56,622 bases of DNA from an uncultured Candidatus Saccharibacteria bacterium (GTDB lineage Bacteria > Patescibacteriota > Minisyncoccia > Sungbacterales > HO2-52-23). Shown here one piece after another: positions 8,914 through 17,710 of the stretch. The translations under genes and the position numbers were made by a program. How positions within the stretch are numbered: the stretch's first letter is position 1; each line of letters opens with the position of its first letter. The stretch spans positions 1 through 56,622 of the forward strand of contig CAZVQM010000001.1 in the NCBI GenBank assembly GCA_964629265.1, in the 5' to 3' direction. Below the pieces are notes generated by a model, which saw only the letters and a list, made by a program, of their open reading frames with translations, did no database searches and was not told where the DNA came from.

Positions 8914-9540
8914 TTACTCGCTCTCGTCTTTGTCGCCGATGGACGAAAGGCGTTCTTCCACCGTCATATAGAACCGCGCGGGATTCCCGATGACGATAAC
9001 GCCCGAGGGCACGTCTTTTGTGACGACCGCCGCCGCTCCGACCAAACTCCCTTCCCCTATGACGACACCGGGAAGTATTATTGCACCCACGCCTATATAG
9101 GCGCCCCTTCGTATCACTGGCCCTGCGCGGACTTTTCTTTTTTCCGGAAGAAACGTGTATTTGAGATCAGCCATGACAACGCCAGGCGCTATTTTCACGT
9201 CATCTTCGATCACGGTATGCTCCGCAATAAAACAGCGCGAATGAATACGGACGTTCGATCCGATCGTTGCAAAAGGAGAAATCTCGGAACCAGAGCCGAT
9301 CGAGACGTTCCGCCCGACTGACACACGCTCGCGAATAACGGCGTGGTGTCCGGTGGAGAACGAATCGCCAATCGTCCCTCCGGCATATACCGCGGTCCCG
9401 TGGCGCAACACAGCGCCTTTTCCGATGGAAAGCGGGAGCTCCCCGGACCGCGCCCCGCGCGGCGGAATACCCAAAGAGACCCACTCCTCTATGGTGGACC
9501 CATCGCCTACAGAAACATTGGGATGAATTTTATACTTCAC
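8914..9540 (-). CDS. Left-handed beta-helix (hexapeptide) sugar N-acetyltransferase (WbpD-like)
   Basis: Repeated hexapeptide pattern ('VSIGSGSEISPFATIGSNVRIHSRCFIAEHTVIEDDVKIAPGVVM'). The GTG at 9540 forms a GTGA overlap with the upstream stop and is preferred over the track start at 9585. Confidence 0.8.
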   Translation of the reverse strand: MKYKIHPNVSVGDGSTIEEWVSLGIPPRGARSGELPLSIGKGAVLRHGTAVYAGGTIGDSFSTGHHAVIRERVSVGRNVSIGSGSEISPFATIGSNVRIHSRCFIAEHTVIEDDVKIAPGVVMADLKYTFLPEKRKVRAGPVIRRGAYIGVGAIILPGVVIGEGSLVGAAAVVTKDVPSGVIVIGNPARFYMTVEERLSSIGDKDESE

Positions 9541-10979
9541 ACAGAAAGACCCTTGATTACACGCGCTCTTCGCCGTTTTATCCAATCATACCCTATAACG
9601 CATGAAAAGGAAGAAAGGATAAACATGAGGGAATTGACCGGGTAGCGCAGCCGTCCCTGGTCAGAAAACGCGCCAACCATGCTTGTTGTAGCATAATAGC
9701 CGATGAGCACGACGAAGACGAGCGCTGCGGCGCGCTCCTTCCCGCCACGCAAAACCGCAACCGCCGCGCCGCCGATCCATGCGAAAAATACGGCGAGCCA
9801 AAACATGCGGCCAACGATAGGAATCGCAAAATATGGCCCGAGATGCTCGCGCGCCATGCGATAAAACTCACCAAATCCTTTCGTGAATATGGTAACAAGC
9901 GGATTAAACGTGAGATTACGATCGGGGATCACACGGAAGTGGCCCAAATACGACGTATAGAGGTCTTGGGTAAAGAATGCCTGTCCTGCAACAACAAGGA
10001 CCACCGTTGCTTCTTTCGGATGCTCCCGAATAATGCGAAATCCCTCTTGCGCGAGAACGCTTCCCCACCGCGGGTCCTCCCGAACCTCCTTGACACTTAC
10101 GCCGTAGCGCTCGGCAATGCCGCCAAGAAGCTCCTGACGAACGTCACCAAACTCCGTGCCGGTCGCCACGGTTATGACCGAGACCGCGAAATCCGAATAG
10201 ACATTGCGCAAACCAGTTGTCGCAACGCTAACGGTCCCGAAGTAATAATAGTTCCTGATAAGCCACGGCGAGAGGATGAGAAAAAACGAAACCGCGAAGA
10301 GAAAGACCGGCAGCATGCGCTTCCGCACAGCACCCATCGCCCATAAACCCGCTTCCGGTCTTTTCCATGACAAAAGAACGGAGCAAAAAAGGATCGCTAC
10401 AAAAATAAGAAACACAAATTGCCCGTGCGGACGCGTGAGCGTCGAAAAACCGAGAAAAACGGCGGAAAAAATAGCATCGCGCGACGCGCCGCTTTCGCGA
10501 AGCCGAAGGAAAAAATAGAGCGACGCCGCCATAGTGAAGCCCGCAAGCATCTCCGTTGTCGGCACAATACTCCATAAAATCATCTGCGGCTCAAATGCGG
10601 CCAGCGCCGCTGCGATTGTGCGGACACGCCGGTCCTCGGTGAAGCGCCCCGCGATCCCCCATACGACGAGAGGAAGAAGTGAACCGAGTATCACGTGAAC
10701 AAGAACTGCGGGAACAAAAGACCCCGACGCCCAAAGAGACCCCGCAAGGAAAGATAAAAAAAGCGGCGGGAAAAACGCCGAGGGCTCGAAGGGCGGCTCG
10801 CCAAGGGTAAATCCATGACCCGCGACAAGGGCGTCCGCGATTTTATAAAACCGCGGAGCGTCAGAAACCAAGAGCGACTCTTCTCCCAAGAACCACACCG
10901 CCGAACCAAAGAGCGCAAGCCGCACGAAAAATGCGATGCCAATGATTATCCAAACGGCACGAGGAATATTCCTCATCAT
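9537..10979 (-). CDS. GT-C fold membrane glycosyltransferase (ArnT/PMT, GT39/GT83-like)
   Basis: 480 aa and polytopic (more than 10 hydrophobic segments). The N-terminal 'FFVRLALFG...DAPRFYKIADAL' region resembles the ArnT/PMT_2 family. It sits next to the GT2 / deacetylase / aminotransferase set. Confidence 0.6.
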   Translation of the reverse strand: MMRNIPRAVWIIIGIAFFVRLALFGSAVWFLGEESLLVSDAPRFYKIADALVAGHGFTLGEPPFEPSAFFPPLFLSFLAGSLWASGSFVPAVLVHVILGSLLPLVVWGIAGRFTEDRRVRTIAAALAAFEPQMILWSIVPTTEMLAGFTMAASLYFFLRLRESGASRDAIFSAVFLGFSTLTRPHGQFVFLIFVAILFCSVLLSWKRPEAGLWAMGAVRKRMLPVFLFAVSFFLILSPWLIRNYYYFGTVSVATTGLRNVYSDFAVSVITVATGTEFGDVRQELLGGIAERYGVSVKEVREDPRWGSVLAQEGFRIIREHPKEATVVLVVAGQAFFTQDLYTSYLGHFRVIPDRNLTFNPLVTIFTKGFGEFYRMAREHLGPYFAIPIVGRMFWLAVFFAWIGGAAVAVLRGGKERAAALVFVVLIGYYATTSMVGAFSDQGRLRYPVNSLMFILSSFSCVIGYDWIKRRRARVIKGLSV

Positions 10980-10989
10980 GCGCCCGCGA

Positions 10990-12051
10990 TCATACGATAA
11001 AATTTTCTACAATAACCGTGTCTTCCGGAATATCAACCTTCGCTGTTTTCCCGATGACCGTGTGCATATGCGCGGGTTTTATGCCGTAGCCCGGACTCTT
11101 TATCGTAAGCACGTCCGCAGTAATAACAGTTCCCGCGCGAATCGCGCCGCGAGAAACAACGCTTTTCCCGTGCTTATTGAGCATGCCGATCTCCTTTTCG
11201 TCACAGCGAACTTCGGTATCGGCGACCGCCTTCTCAATGCGCCGGATCTGCGAACACATCATGGTGAATTCAAACGGATCCAAACTTACCGTCGAGTGAT
11301 CCGGACCGGGAAGCGTCTTATCAAGCGTGAAATGCCGCTCAACAGACACCACACCGAGCGCAACTGCCGCTATGGTTGGAATAAATCCAAGCTCATGCCC
11401 GGAATATCCCACGGGGATCGGCTGATAACGCTCTTTGAGCGTCTTTATCGCGCCGATATTCAAATTCTCATCCGGCGTCGGGTAGATTGAAACGCACTGC
11501 TTGATGATAAGATTCCTATTATGCTCGAGGACGGTATTCACCGCGTCGTCGATCTCATCCAGGGTGGCGGTACCCGTCGACAAAAATAAGGGCTCGGGGT
11601 TTCTTGCAACGAATTCGAGAAGCGGTTTTGTGCGAAGATCAAACGACGCGATCTTCCAGCAATCCATGCCGATGCTTGCAAGGATCTCGGCGCTTTTCAA
11701 ATCAAACGGAGTCACGAAAAACGCAACACCCAAAGAATGAGCATACTCTTTGAGACCCGCAATCTCCTCATCCTTCAACTCCTGGGTAAGTCGATACTCC
11801 TCGTAGGTCTTCCCGAACGAGCGTGAATGCGCCTGATTTTTTTCAAGAAGCTCTCGCGCAAAAACGTCCCGTACGGTCCGCTTCTGAAACTTTACGGCGT
11901 CTGCTCCGGCGTGCGCCGCGGCCTCAATCGAACGGCGGGCCAAATTGATATTCCCGTTATGGTTATTTCCGATTTCTGCAACGATAAACACGGGATGTCC
12001 GGGACCTATCTTTTTGTTGAAAATGGTTACGACTGGTGAAGGCGTATTCAT
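10990..12051 (-). CDS. NeuB-family ulosonic acid synthase (N-acylneuraminate / KDN(-9-P) synthase-like) with C-terminal SAF domain
   Basis: Motif 'FIVAEIGNNHNGNINLARRSIEAAAHAGADAVKFQKR' and a C-terminal SAF-like 'IRAGTVITADVLTIKSPGYGI'. The ATG at 12051 (MNTPSPV) is preferred, because the track start at 12174 overlaps the upstream gene by ~100 nt. Confidence 0.85.
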   Translation of the reverse strand: MNTPSPVVTIFNKKIGPGHPVFIVAEIGNNHNGNINLARRSIEAAAHAGADAVKFQKRTVRDVFARELLEKNQAHSRSFGKTYEEYRLTQELKDEEIAGLKEYAHSLGVAFFVTPFDLKSAEILASIGMDCWKIASFDLRTKPLLEFVARNPEPLFLSTGTATLDEIDDAVNTVLEHNRNLIIKQCVSIYPTPDENLNIGAIKTLKERYQPIPVGYSGHELGFIPTIAAVALGVVSVERHFTLDKTLPGPDHSTVSLDPFEFTMMCSQIRRIEKAVADTEVRCDEKEIGMLNKHGKSVVSRGAIRAGTVITADVLTIKSPGYGIKPAHMHTVIGKTAKVDIPEDTVIVENFIV

Positions 12052-12070
12052 GTAGGTATAGTAAAACCCT

Positions 12071-13993
12071 TTATGTTTCTTTTTCGATTCGCTCTGCAAT
12101 AGATTCGAAATCGAGTTTGTGATATTGTAATACTTCGCTGTTGTGTCCGCAGGCGGGAATCTCCTCGACGCCAAGCGAAAGAATGCGCTGTCCCTTCATG
12201 TGCGGGGCAAGCGCGCTCCGAATCTGCATGCCTTGGCCAAGCGACACATAGTGATCATCAATGGTAACGACCAGTGGATACCCGTTAAGCGCCTTTGACA
12301 ACCATGCGCTGTCTACCCGATTCAGCCATGGAAAATTCATAACCGCCGTAGAAATCCCTTTCCCCCGAAGAAGCTCAACGGCTTTTACGGCTTCGGTCAT
12401 CATCACCGGGCCATAGGCCATAATGAGGACATCGGTTCCTTGAACCAATAACGCCCCCTTCCCAATCTCAAGCTCATACTTTTCTGGTAGGCGGTACGGC
12501 GCCTCACTCGCAACGCTCACAAACCGGATATAGGTTGATTCCGGATTTTTTTCAACAGCCCAGCGGATTGCCATACGCGCTTCACGCTCATTTGCGGGCT
12601 CAATCGCGACAAGACCAGGTATTCCGCCGAGCGCGGATATATCCCGGACGGACTGATGGGAATGCCCCGGCATTCCTGGAAGAAGCCCGGCAAGCGTCCC
12701 TACATAAATAATTCTTTTTTTCTCAGTCGCATTATTGTATATATGCTCATTTGGCCGCGTTGAAACAAAAGCGGCAAACGAATGCGCAATGGGAAGCATC
12801 CCTTGGAGCGCAATGCCGCCCGCCATTGAAACCATATCCTGCTCTGCAATGCCGCATTCTACAAAACGGTCTGGGAATTCATTTTTAAACGCGAGAACGC
12901 CGGTATCCGGAATCAAATCCGCATCGAGCACTACCACGTCTTTCCGTTCACGGCCGATTTTAAGAAGCTCGTCACCATATGCCGGAATCAGACGTTCCAC
13001 CGTTCCGGGCATAGTCGTTGCTGGCATCATCGCCGATTCGAACTGAAGCACATCAAGGCCCGTGCTTTTCAAATTGGAATTCGCCCGATCCCGTATTTCC
13101 TCGAACGCAGCGACATACTGCTCGTACGCCGGCGCGCCGGAATGGAATTTATATGTTCCGTCCGCATCCATGCGCTCCATGAAAGAAACCCCCTTCCCCT
13201 TGATCGTATCTGCAATAAGCATCTGGGGGCGGTCACCCACGGTCTTTGCTCGATCAAAAGCTTTTTTCAATGCATAAAAATCGTGCCCGTCGCAACGCAA
13301 AACCTCCCAACCAAAATCGCGAAATCTCTGCTCAATGGCACTAACGTCATTTAAATCACTTACCCAACTGTCAGACTGAATCTTGTTATGATCAACGATC
13401 GCAGTAATTTCGGAATATTTTCCGTTTACCGTCGGCTGGAGCGATTCCCAAATCTGTCCCTCTTGTAGCTCACCATCTCCCGTGAGAACATAGACGCGAC
13501 CTGATTTCCCCTGAAGACGTTTTGCCTTTGCCATTCCGCGAGCCTTTGAAATCCCCATGCCCAAGGAACCGGTGTTTGCCGCGATATACGGCGTCCCCGT
13601 ATCCGGATGCCCGGGAAGGCCGCCCAAACGGCGAAGTTTGTGAATCATCTCAAAATCAAGCTTTTCAAGACCTATTAAAATTGAATAGAGCGCTGGAACG
13701 TCGTGCCCCTTTGAAGAAAAATAGATATCGCTCGGGTCCTTTCCGCTTTCATTAGGGTTCCGCAATTCTTGCGTCCAAAGCCAGGTGGCAATATCGATCG
13801 AGCTGAAGCTTGACCCGATATGACCCGAATTCGTGCTTCGGATCATGTAGAGCGCGTTTATCCGGAATACGTCCGAAAGAACCCAGGCAAGCAAAAAAGG
13901 GTCCGAAATGCTTTTCCGGATCCTTTGAATTTCAGAAAGAGGAACGTAGTATAACGTTTTTTCGGATAATGCGGCTGATGTGAGTTCGCTCAT
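12071..13993 (-). CDS. Transketolase-family ThDP enzyme (N- and C-terminal halves fused, 640 aa)
   Basis: Motifs 'NSGHIGSSFSSIDI' and 'VLTGDGELQEGQIWES' (ThDP/Mg GDG motif). The pyrimidine-binding half contains 'ECGIAEQDMVSMAGG'. Confidence 0.85.
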   Translation of the reverse strand: MSELTSAALSEKTLYYVPLSEIQRIRKSISDPFLLAWVLSDVFRINALYMIRSTNSGHIGSSFSSIDIATWLWTQELRNPNESGKDPSDIYFSSKGHDVPALYSILIGLEKLDFEMIHKLRRLGGLPGHPDTGTPYIAANTGSLGMGISKARGMAKAKRLQGKSGRVYVLTGDGELQEGQIWESLQPTVNGKYSEITAIVDHNKIQSDSWVSDLNDVSAIEQRFRDFGWEVLRCDGHDFYALKKAFDRAKTVGDRPQMLIADTIKGKGVSFMERMDADGTYKFHSGAPAYEQYVAAFEEIRDRANSNLKSTGLDVLQFESAMMPATTMPGTVERLIPAYGDELLKIGRERKDVVVLDADLIPDTGVLAFKNEFPDRFVECGIAEQDMVSMAGGIALQGMLPIAHSFAAFVSTRPNEHIYNNATEKKRIIYVGTLAGLLPGMPGHSHQSVRDISALGGIPGLVAIEPANEREARMAIRWAVEKNPESTYIRFVSVASEAPYRLPEKYELEIGKGALLVQGTDVLIMAYGPVMMTEAVKAVELLRGKGISTAVMNFPWLNRVDSAWLSKALNGYPLVVTIDDHYVSLGQGMQIRSALAPHMKGQRILSLGVEEIPACGHNSEVLQYHKLDFESIAERIEKET

Positions 13994-14198
13994 ACGTATT
14001 TATTAGAACAAGAAGAGGATAAAAAGGGTTTCTTAAAATGCACCAATCGGATTATCGCGAAAGATATGAACAAGAACTTCCGCGCGCAAAAATGTATCAG
14101 AAACGGAATTCCGTACACGGTCAATTTCATGCATCGAAACGCGGAAAAGCAAGTTTGCCATTGTATATTTAGAACGAATTTATTGCTTTTATAGTTTC

Positions 14199-14235
14199 AA
14201 AAAAATGAGGGGTCCCGCATACGCGAGAACCCCTC
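14199..14235 (-). terminator. Rho-independent terminator after the orphan gene
   Basis: On the minus strand, GAGGGGT...ACCCCTC (7-bp stem, 14207-14235) is followed by A + TTTTTTT (14199-14205). Confidence 0.65.
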
Positions 14236-14260
14236 GGTCTTGTGACGAAACCCTCCTTGC

Positions 14261-15364
14261 CTACTTGGTGTAGGCCTTGATTTGCGCCTTGAGGAACATC
14301 TTAAGACGATTGGTCGAGCAACCATCCATGAGGCCGCTGAAGTGCTCGGCGCAGGCCTCGCCCATAGCCGTGAAGTAGCCGTCCTCGCCCTCGAACATAC
14401 GCTCGAGAGTCGAGTCGAATGCATCCACGTGCCACACTGCCTCGGCCGCGCCAACCGCGATCTGCGGAAAGAATGGCCATCTGCCACCGCGCGTCCGCTG
14501 ATAGTAGCGCATCGAGGGCAAGAGCACGAACGCCGTAGGAATGATGAGGGAGGACTTCACTCCCTCTGTCGAGTACTGGACCACCGCGACGTCTGCGCCC
14601 ACGAAGTCCGGGACGCCCGACATGACGCGCTCACCGATGGTGTGGCCGATGTCCGCACGGTCGAGAAGATCCCGCATCATACCCTCAAGCTCGTCCTTCT
14701 CCGGATCCGCCGGGTGAAACGAGCCAAGAATGTATGCAGGAGGAAAGAGATGCTTGACAGATCCCACGAGCGCATCGATAGTCGCCTCCATCTCTGTCTT
14801 GTCGAACTGGTTCGAGGAAGAGGCCGCGAAGTACACGATCCTCGCATCCGACGGAAGGTTGAGGCGGCTTCGCATCTGGGCGCAGATGGCGACACGATTC
14901 TTGCCATACTCTGCGATGTCGTCGTATGACGCATTGCCGAGCGCGACCACGCTGTCAGGACCAAGATCTGGCCGCGCGCGGAGCGCGAGCTTGCGGCCGG
15001 ACTCGTCGAGCGTTGTGAGCCAGGTTGGCACGAGATCTCGTACCGCGGCCTCACACCCCGACATGTAGAAGTCCCCGCACCAGATGACCGGCTTCCCGGC
15101 CTTGAGCGCCGCGGCAGACGCATTCTTCCAGAGGGTCTGCGCCTTGCCGTTCGTGCCGGAGATGACAAGGGCGTAGCGGCTCACATCGATCTCCGTGGCC
15201 TCGATGAACGGGATCCCGAGGCGAGTGAGGTGCTTCTTCCCGGCGCCCTTGGGATCGAGGAAGACCTCGATCAATAGTCCCTCGCTGATGAGCTGACTCA
15301 CGGGCTCCCCGATGCACTCCACCGTACCTAGATCTCCGAAGCACACCGCCGCCTTCTTTTCCAT
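14261..15364 (-). CDS. Hypothetical protein, family not recognised (two-Rossmann-like layout), GC3-rich
   Basis: 367-aa ORF with AAGGAG 8 nt upstream of the ATG, plus its own promoter and flanking terminators. Codon third positions are strongly G/C-biased (AAG, GAG, ATC, CTC), unlike its neighbours. Confidence 0.75.
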   Translation of the reverse strand: MEKKAAVCFGDLGTVECIGEPVSQLISEGLLIEVFLDPKGAGKKHLTRLGIPFIEATEIDVSRYALVISGTNGKAQTLWKNASAAALKAGKPVIWCGDFYMSGCEAAVRDLVPTWLTTLDESGRKLALRARPDLGPDSVVALGNASYDDIAEYGKNRVAICAQMRSRLNLPSDARIVYFAASSSNQFDKTEMEATIDALVGSVKHLFPPAYILGSFHPADPEKDELEGMMRDLLDRADIGHTIGERVMSGVPDFVGADVAVVQYSTEGVKSSLIIPTAFVLLPSMRYYQRTRGGRWPFFPQIAVGAAEAVWHVDAFDSTLERMFEGEDGYFTAMGEACAEHFSGLMDGCSTNRLKMFLKAQIKAYTK

Positions 15365-15421
15365 CCCTCTTCTCCTTGTCGTTCGAGTTTGGAGCTACAC
15401 TGGAGGATTCCAGCAGAATAT

Positions 15422-15449
15422 AGTATACAAATTTTCCAAAAAAAGTCAA
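15422..15449 (-). promoter_or_regulatory. Near-consensus sigma70-type promoter for the orphan gene
   Basis: On the minus strand: TTGACT (15449-15444), a 16-nt spacer ending in TG, then TATACT (15427-15422). The ATG at 15364 follows about 57 nt downstream. Confidence 0.5.
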
Positions 15450-15450
15450 G

Positions 15451-15475
15451 AAAAATCCGGTGCGTACGCGCCGGA
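15451..15475 (-). terminator. Rho-independent terminator after the aldolase gene
   Basis: On the minus strand, a TCCGGCGCG-TA-CGCACCGGA hairpin (15456-15475, one G-U pair) is followed by TTTTT (15451-15455), directly abutting the -35 of the next promoter. Confidence 0.65.
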
Positions 15476-15488
15476 AATCAAAACTTGT

Positions 15489-16172
15489 CTATTGCGTGCG
15501 GGCTTCGACTACCTCACAAACCGCGAGCTTTGCGTTTTGCGTGACGCTCGCCCAGTCGCTTGACTTCACCGCATCAGAGATGCCGAGACTCGGCACAACA
15601 AAGAGATACCCCGCGCGGAGAAACGCGCCAATAACATCAATGTCCACGCCGCCCGTCACGATGAATTCCATCCTCGGGAATATCCCGCGAAACTCGCTCA
15701 AGAACTTGAGGTTTGCTTTGATGCCCAGCGAGGGCATGGGCATGAAAAGCTTCACCATCATGACGCCGAGGCTCATCGCAATTCGTACCTGGCTATCGTC
15801 GCGAGCACCGGGGACTACGAGAACACCGCAGAGATTCGCAATCTTGATAACTCCCTCATCCGTGAGATTGCTCACGAGGAATTCCGCACCCGCGTCAATC
15901 GCGCCCTGCGCCCGTTCAGAGGTCTGAACCGTGCCCGCTCCAACGATGAGTGCGTCTCCGAAATGCCTGCGCGCTTCATAGATCGCATCGGTGTTCACGC
16001 GCGGGGGCGTGTTTTTGTACGGACGGAGAAGAATCTCCATGAACGGGATTCCGCCTTCAAGAAGCGCCTCGCCCACTCGGAGGTAATCAGAAACACTCCC
16101 GGCATTCACCGTCGGAACAAGCCCGTGCGCGCGCATGATTTCAAGGACCTCGAGCCGCCTCATCACCGCCAT
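15489..16172 (-). CDS. KDPG/KHG (Eda) family class I pyruvate aldolase
   Basis: Motifs 'GGIPFMEILLR' (Eda 'LEVTLR' Glu equivalent) and 'LIVGAGTVQTSERAQGAIDAGAEFLVS'. The Schiff-base Lys context 'MMVKLFMP' corresponds to Eda 'KFFPA'. Confidence 0.8.
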   Translation of the reverse strand: MAVMRRLEVLEIMRAHGLVPTVNAGSVSDYLRVGEALLEGGIPFMEILLRPYKNTPPRVNTDAIYEARRHFGDALIVGAGTVQTSERAQGAIDAGAEFLVSNLTDEGVIKIANLCGVLVVPGARDDSQVRIAMSLGVMMVKLFMPMPSLGIKANLKFLSEFRGIFPRMEFIVTGGVDIDVIGAFLRAGYLFVVPSLGISDAVKSSDWASVTQNAKLAVCEVVEARTQ

Positions 16173-16236
16173 CGCTTCCTCCTAAAAAGATCTCCTTACG
16201 ATTCGTACCGCGGAAAATAATCTCTGTCAAGCGTCG

Positions 16237-17700
16237 TTATATTTTTTCCGAATCGTAATCCACGCTCACCTGCTTCCACTCGGAATAAAATTCAAGCGCT
16301 TTGGTTCCGGGTTCTCTCCATCCGTTGCCCGAAAGACCGATGCCGCCAAAGGGCATATGCGGCTCGGAGCCGTGCGTCGGGCCGTTTACCCGAACAACGC
16401 CTGCGCGGTAGCGGCGTACAAATTCCTCTGCACGGTGAATTGATGCGGTATGGATCGCGCCGGAGAGTTTGAATTTCGAATCATTGGCGAGCTGGATCGC
16501 TTCTTCAAGATTTCTCACGCGATATAAAATAACGACAGGGCCGAAGAGCTCATCCAAGGAAATCTCGTCTTTCGGCGATACACGCTCAAATACCGTCGGA
16601 GAAATGAAAAACCCTTTTTTATGCATGTCGTCCGCAAGGCGCACGCCGCCCGCAAGAAGAACTCCTCGCCGCTTTTGCGCGCCGCGAACGGCATTCAAAA
16701 TTTCTTTCATTCGTTTCTCTGAAATAATTGCGCCGTAGTCGTCGGTATCCGCGGTGCCGATTTTGAGCGCATTCACCTTTTGTAGAAAGAGCTTCTTGAA
16801 TTTCTCATATACTTTGTCGAATACGATAATGCGCGATGCCGCGGCGCACCGCTGGCCTGCATCAACAAATGCTGCGGCGACCGCAACTGCCGCTGCTTTT
16901 TCCAAATCCGCATCATCACACACCACAAAAGGATTTTTCCCTCCCGCTTCAATAGAGACCTTGGCAAGGCGAGGCGCGGTCGCTTTGAGGATTTTCTGTC
17001 CGGTCGCGGCAGAGCCGGTTAAGCTCACAAATTCGATTCTCGGATCCGCGACCAATGGCGCGCCGATCTCCGGCCCCGTTCCCTGAAGAACGGAGATAAC
17101 GCCAGCCGGAACGCCCGCCTCCTTGAAAACTTTCGCGTACCATACCGCGACATACGGCGTATATTCATGCGACTTCACAATAACGGCGTTTCCGCAGAGT
17201 AGCGCGGGAAAAATCTTCCATGCAACTCCTGCCGCAGGATTATTGAATGGTGTAATGAGTGCTCCTATACCGACGGGCTCGCGAACCATTTTTACGCTTC
17301 GATTCGGAACTGCGGTTGGAAGTACCTCGCCGAAAAATCGCCTTCCCTCGCCAGCAAAGAAAAATCCGCATTCAATCGCGGCGTCAACCTCCCCAAGGGC
17401 TGATTTTTTTGATTTTCCGGATTCGCGCGCGACGATCTCGGCAAGTTCTTCTTTTCGCGCCTGCATGAGGAACACAGCGCCGCGAAGGATCTCCGCACGC
17501 TTCACAACAGAAATCTCCGACCATGCCTCAAATCCTTTTTCAGCTGATCTCAAAACTTTTTCAACATCCCGCCTATCCCCTTTCGCGACCAAAACAAAAA
17601 CCTCTCCTGTCGCAGGATTTACTTTCGGAAAGAATTTGTTCGATGCCGGACGAACCTCCTTCCCGTCTATCCAGTGAAAAATCTTCTTCGGGTAAGCCAT
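16237..17700 (-). CDS. NAD(P)+ aldehyde dehydrogenase
   Basis: Catalytic motifs 'VSIEAGGKNP' (Glu) and 'FVDAGQRCAAASR' (Cys). The ATG at 17700 (MAYPKKIF) is preferred over the track start at 17742. Confidence 0.9.
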   Translation of the reverse strand: MAYPKKIFHWIDGKEVRPASNKFFPKVNPATGEVFVLVAKGDRRDVEKVLRSAEKGFEAWSEISVVKRAEILRGAVFLMQARKEELAEIVARESGKSKKSALGEVDAAIECGFFFAGEGRRFFGEVLPTAVPNRSVKMVREPVGIGALITPFNNPAAGVAWKIFPALLCGNAVIVKSHEYTPYVAVWYAKVFKEAGVPAGVISVLQGTGPEIGAPLVADPRIEFVSLTGSAATGQKILKATAPRLAKVSIEAGGKNPFVVCDDADLEKAAAVAVAAAFVDAGQRCAAASRIIVFDKVYEKFKKLFLQKVNALKIGTADTDDYGAIISEKRMKEILNAVRGAQKRRGVLLAGGVRLADDMHKKGFFISPTVFERVSPKDEISLDELFGPVVILYRVRNLEEAIQLANDSKFKLSGAIHTASIHRAEEFVRRYRAGVVRVNGPTHGSEPHMPFGGIGLSGNGWREPGTKALEFYSEWKQVSVDYDSEKI

Positions 17701-17710
17701 AAGAGGGACT

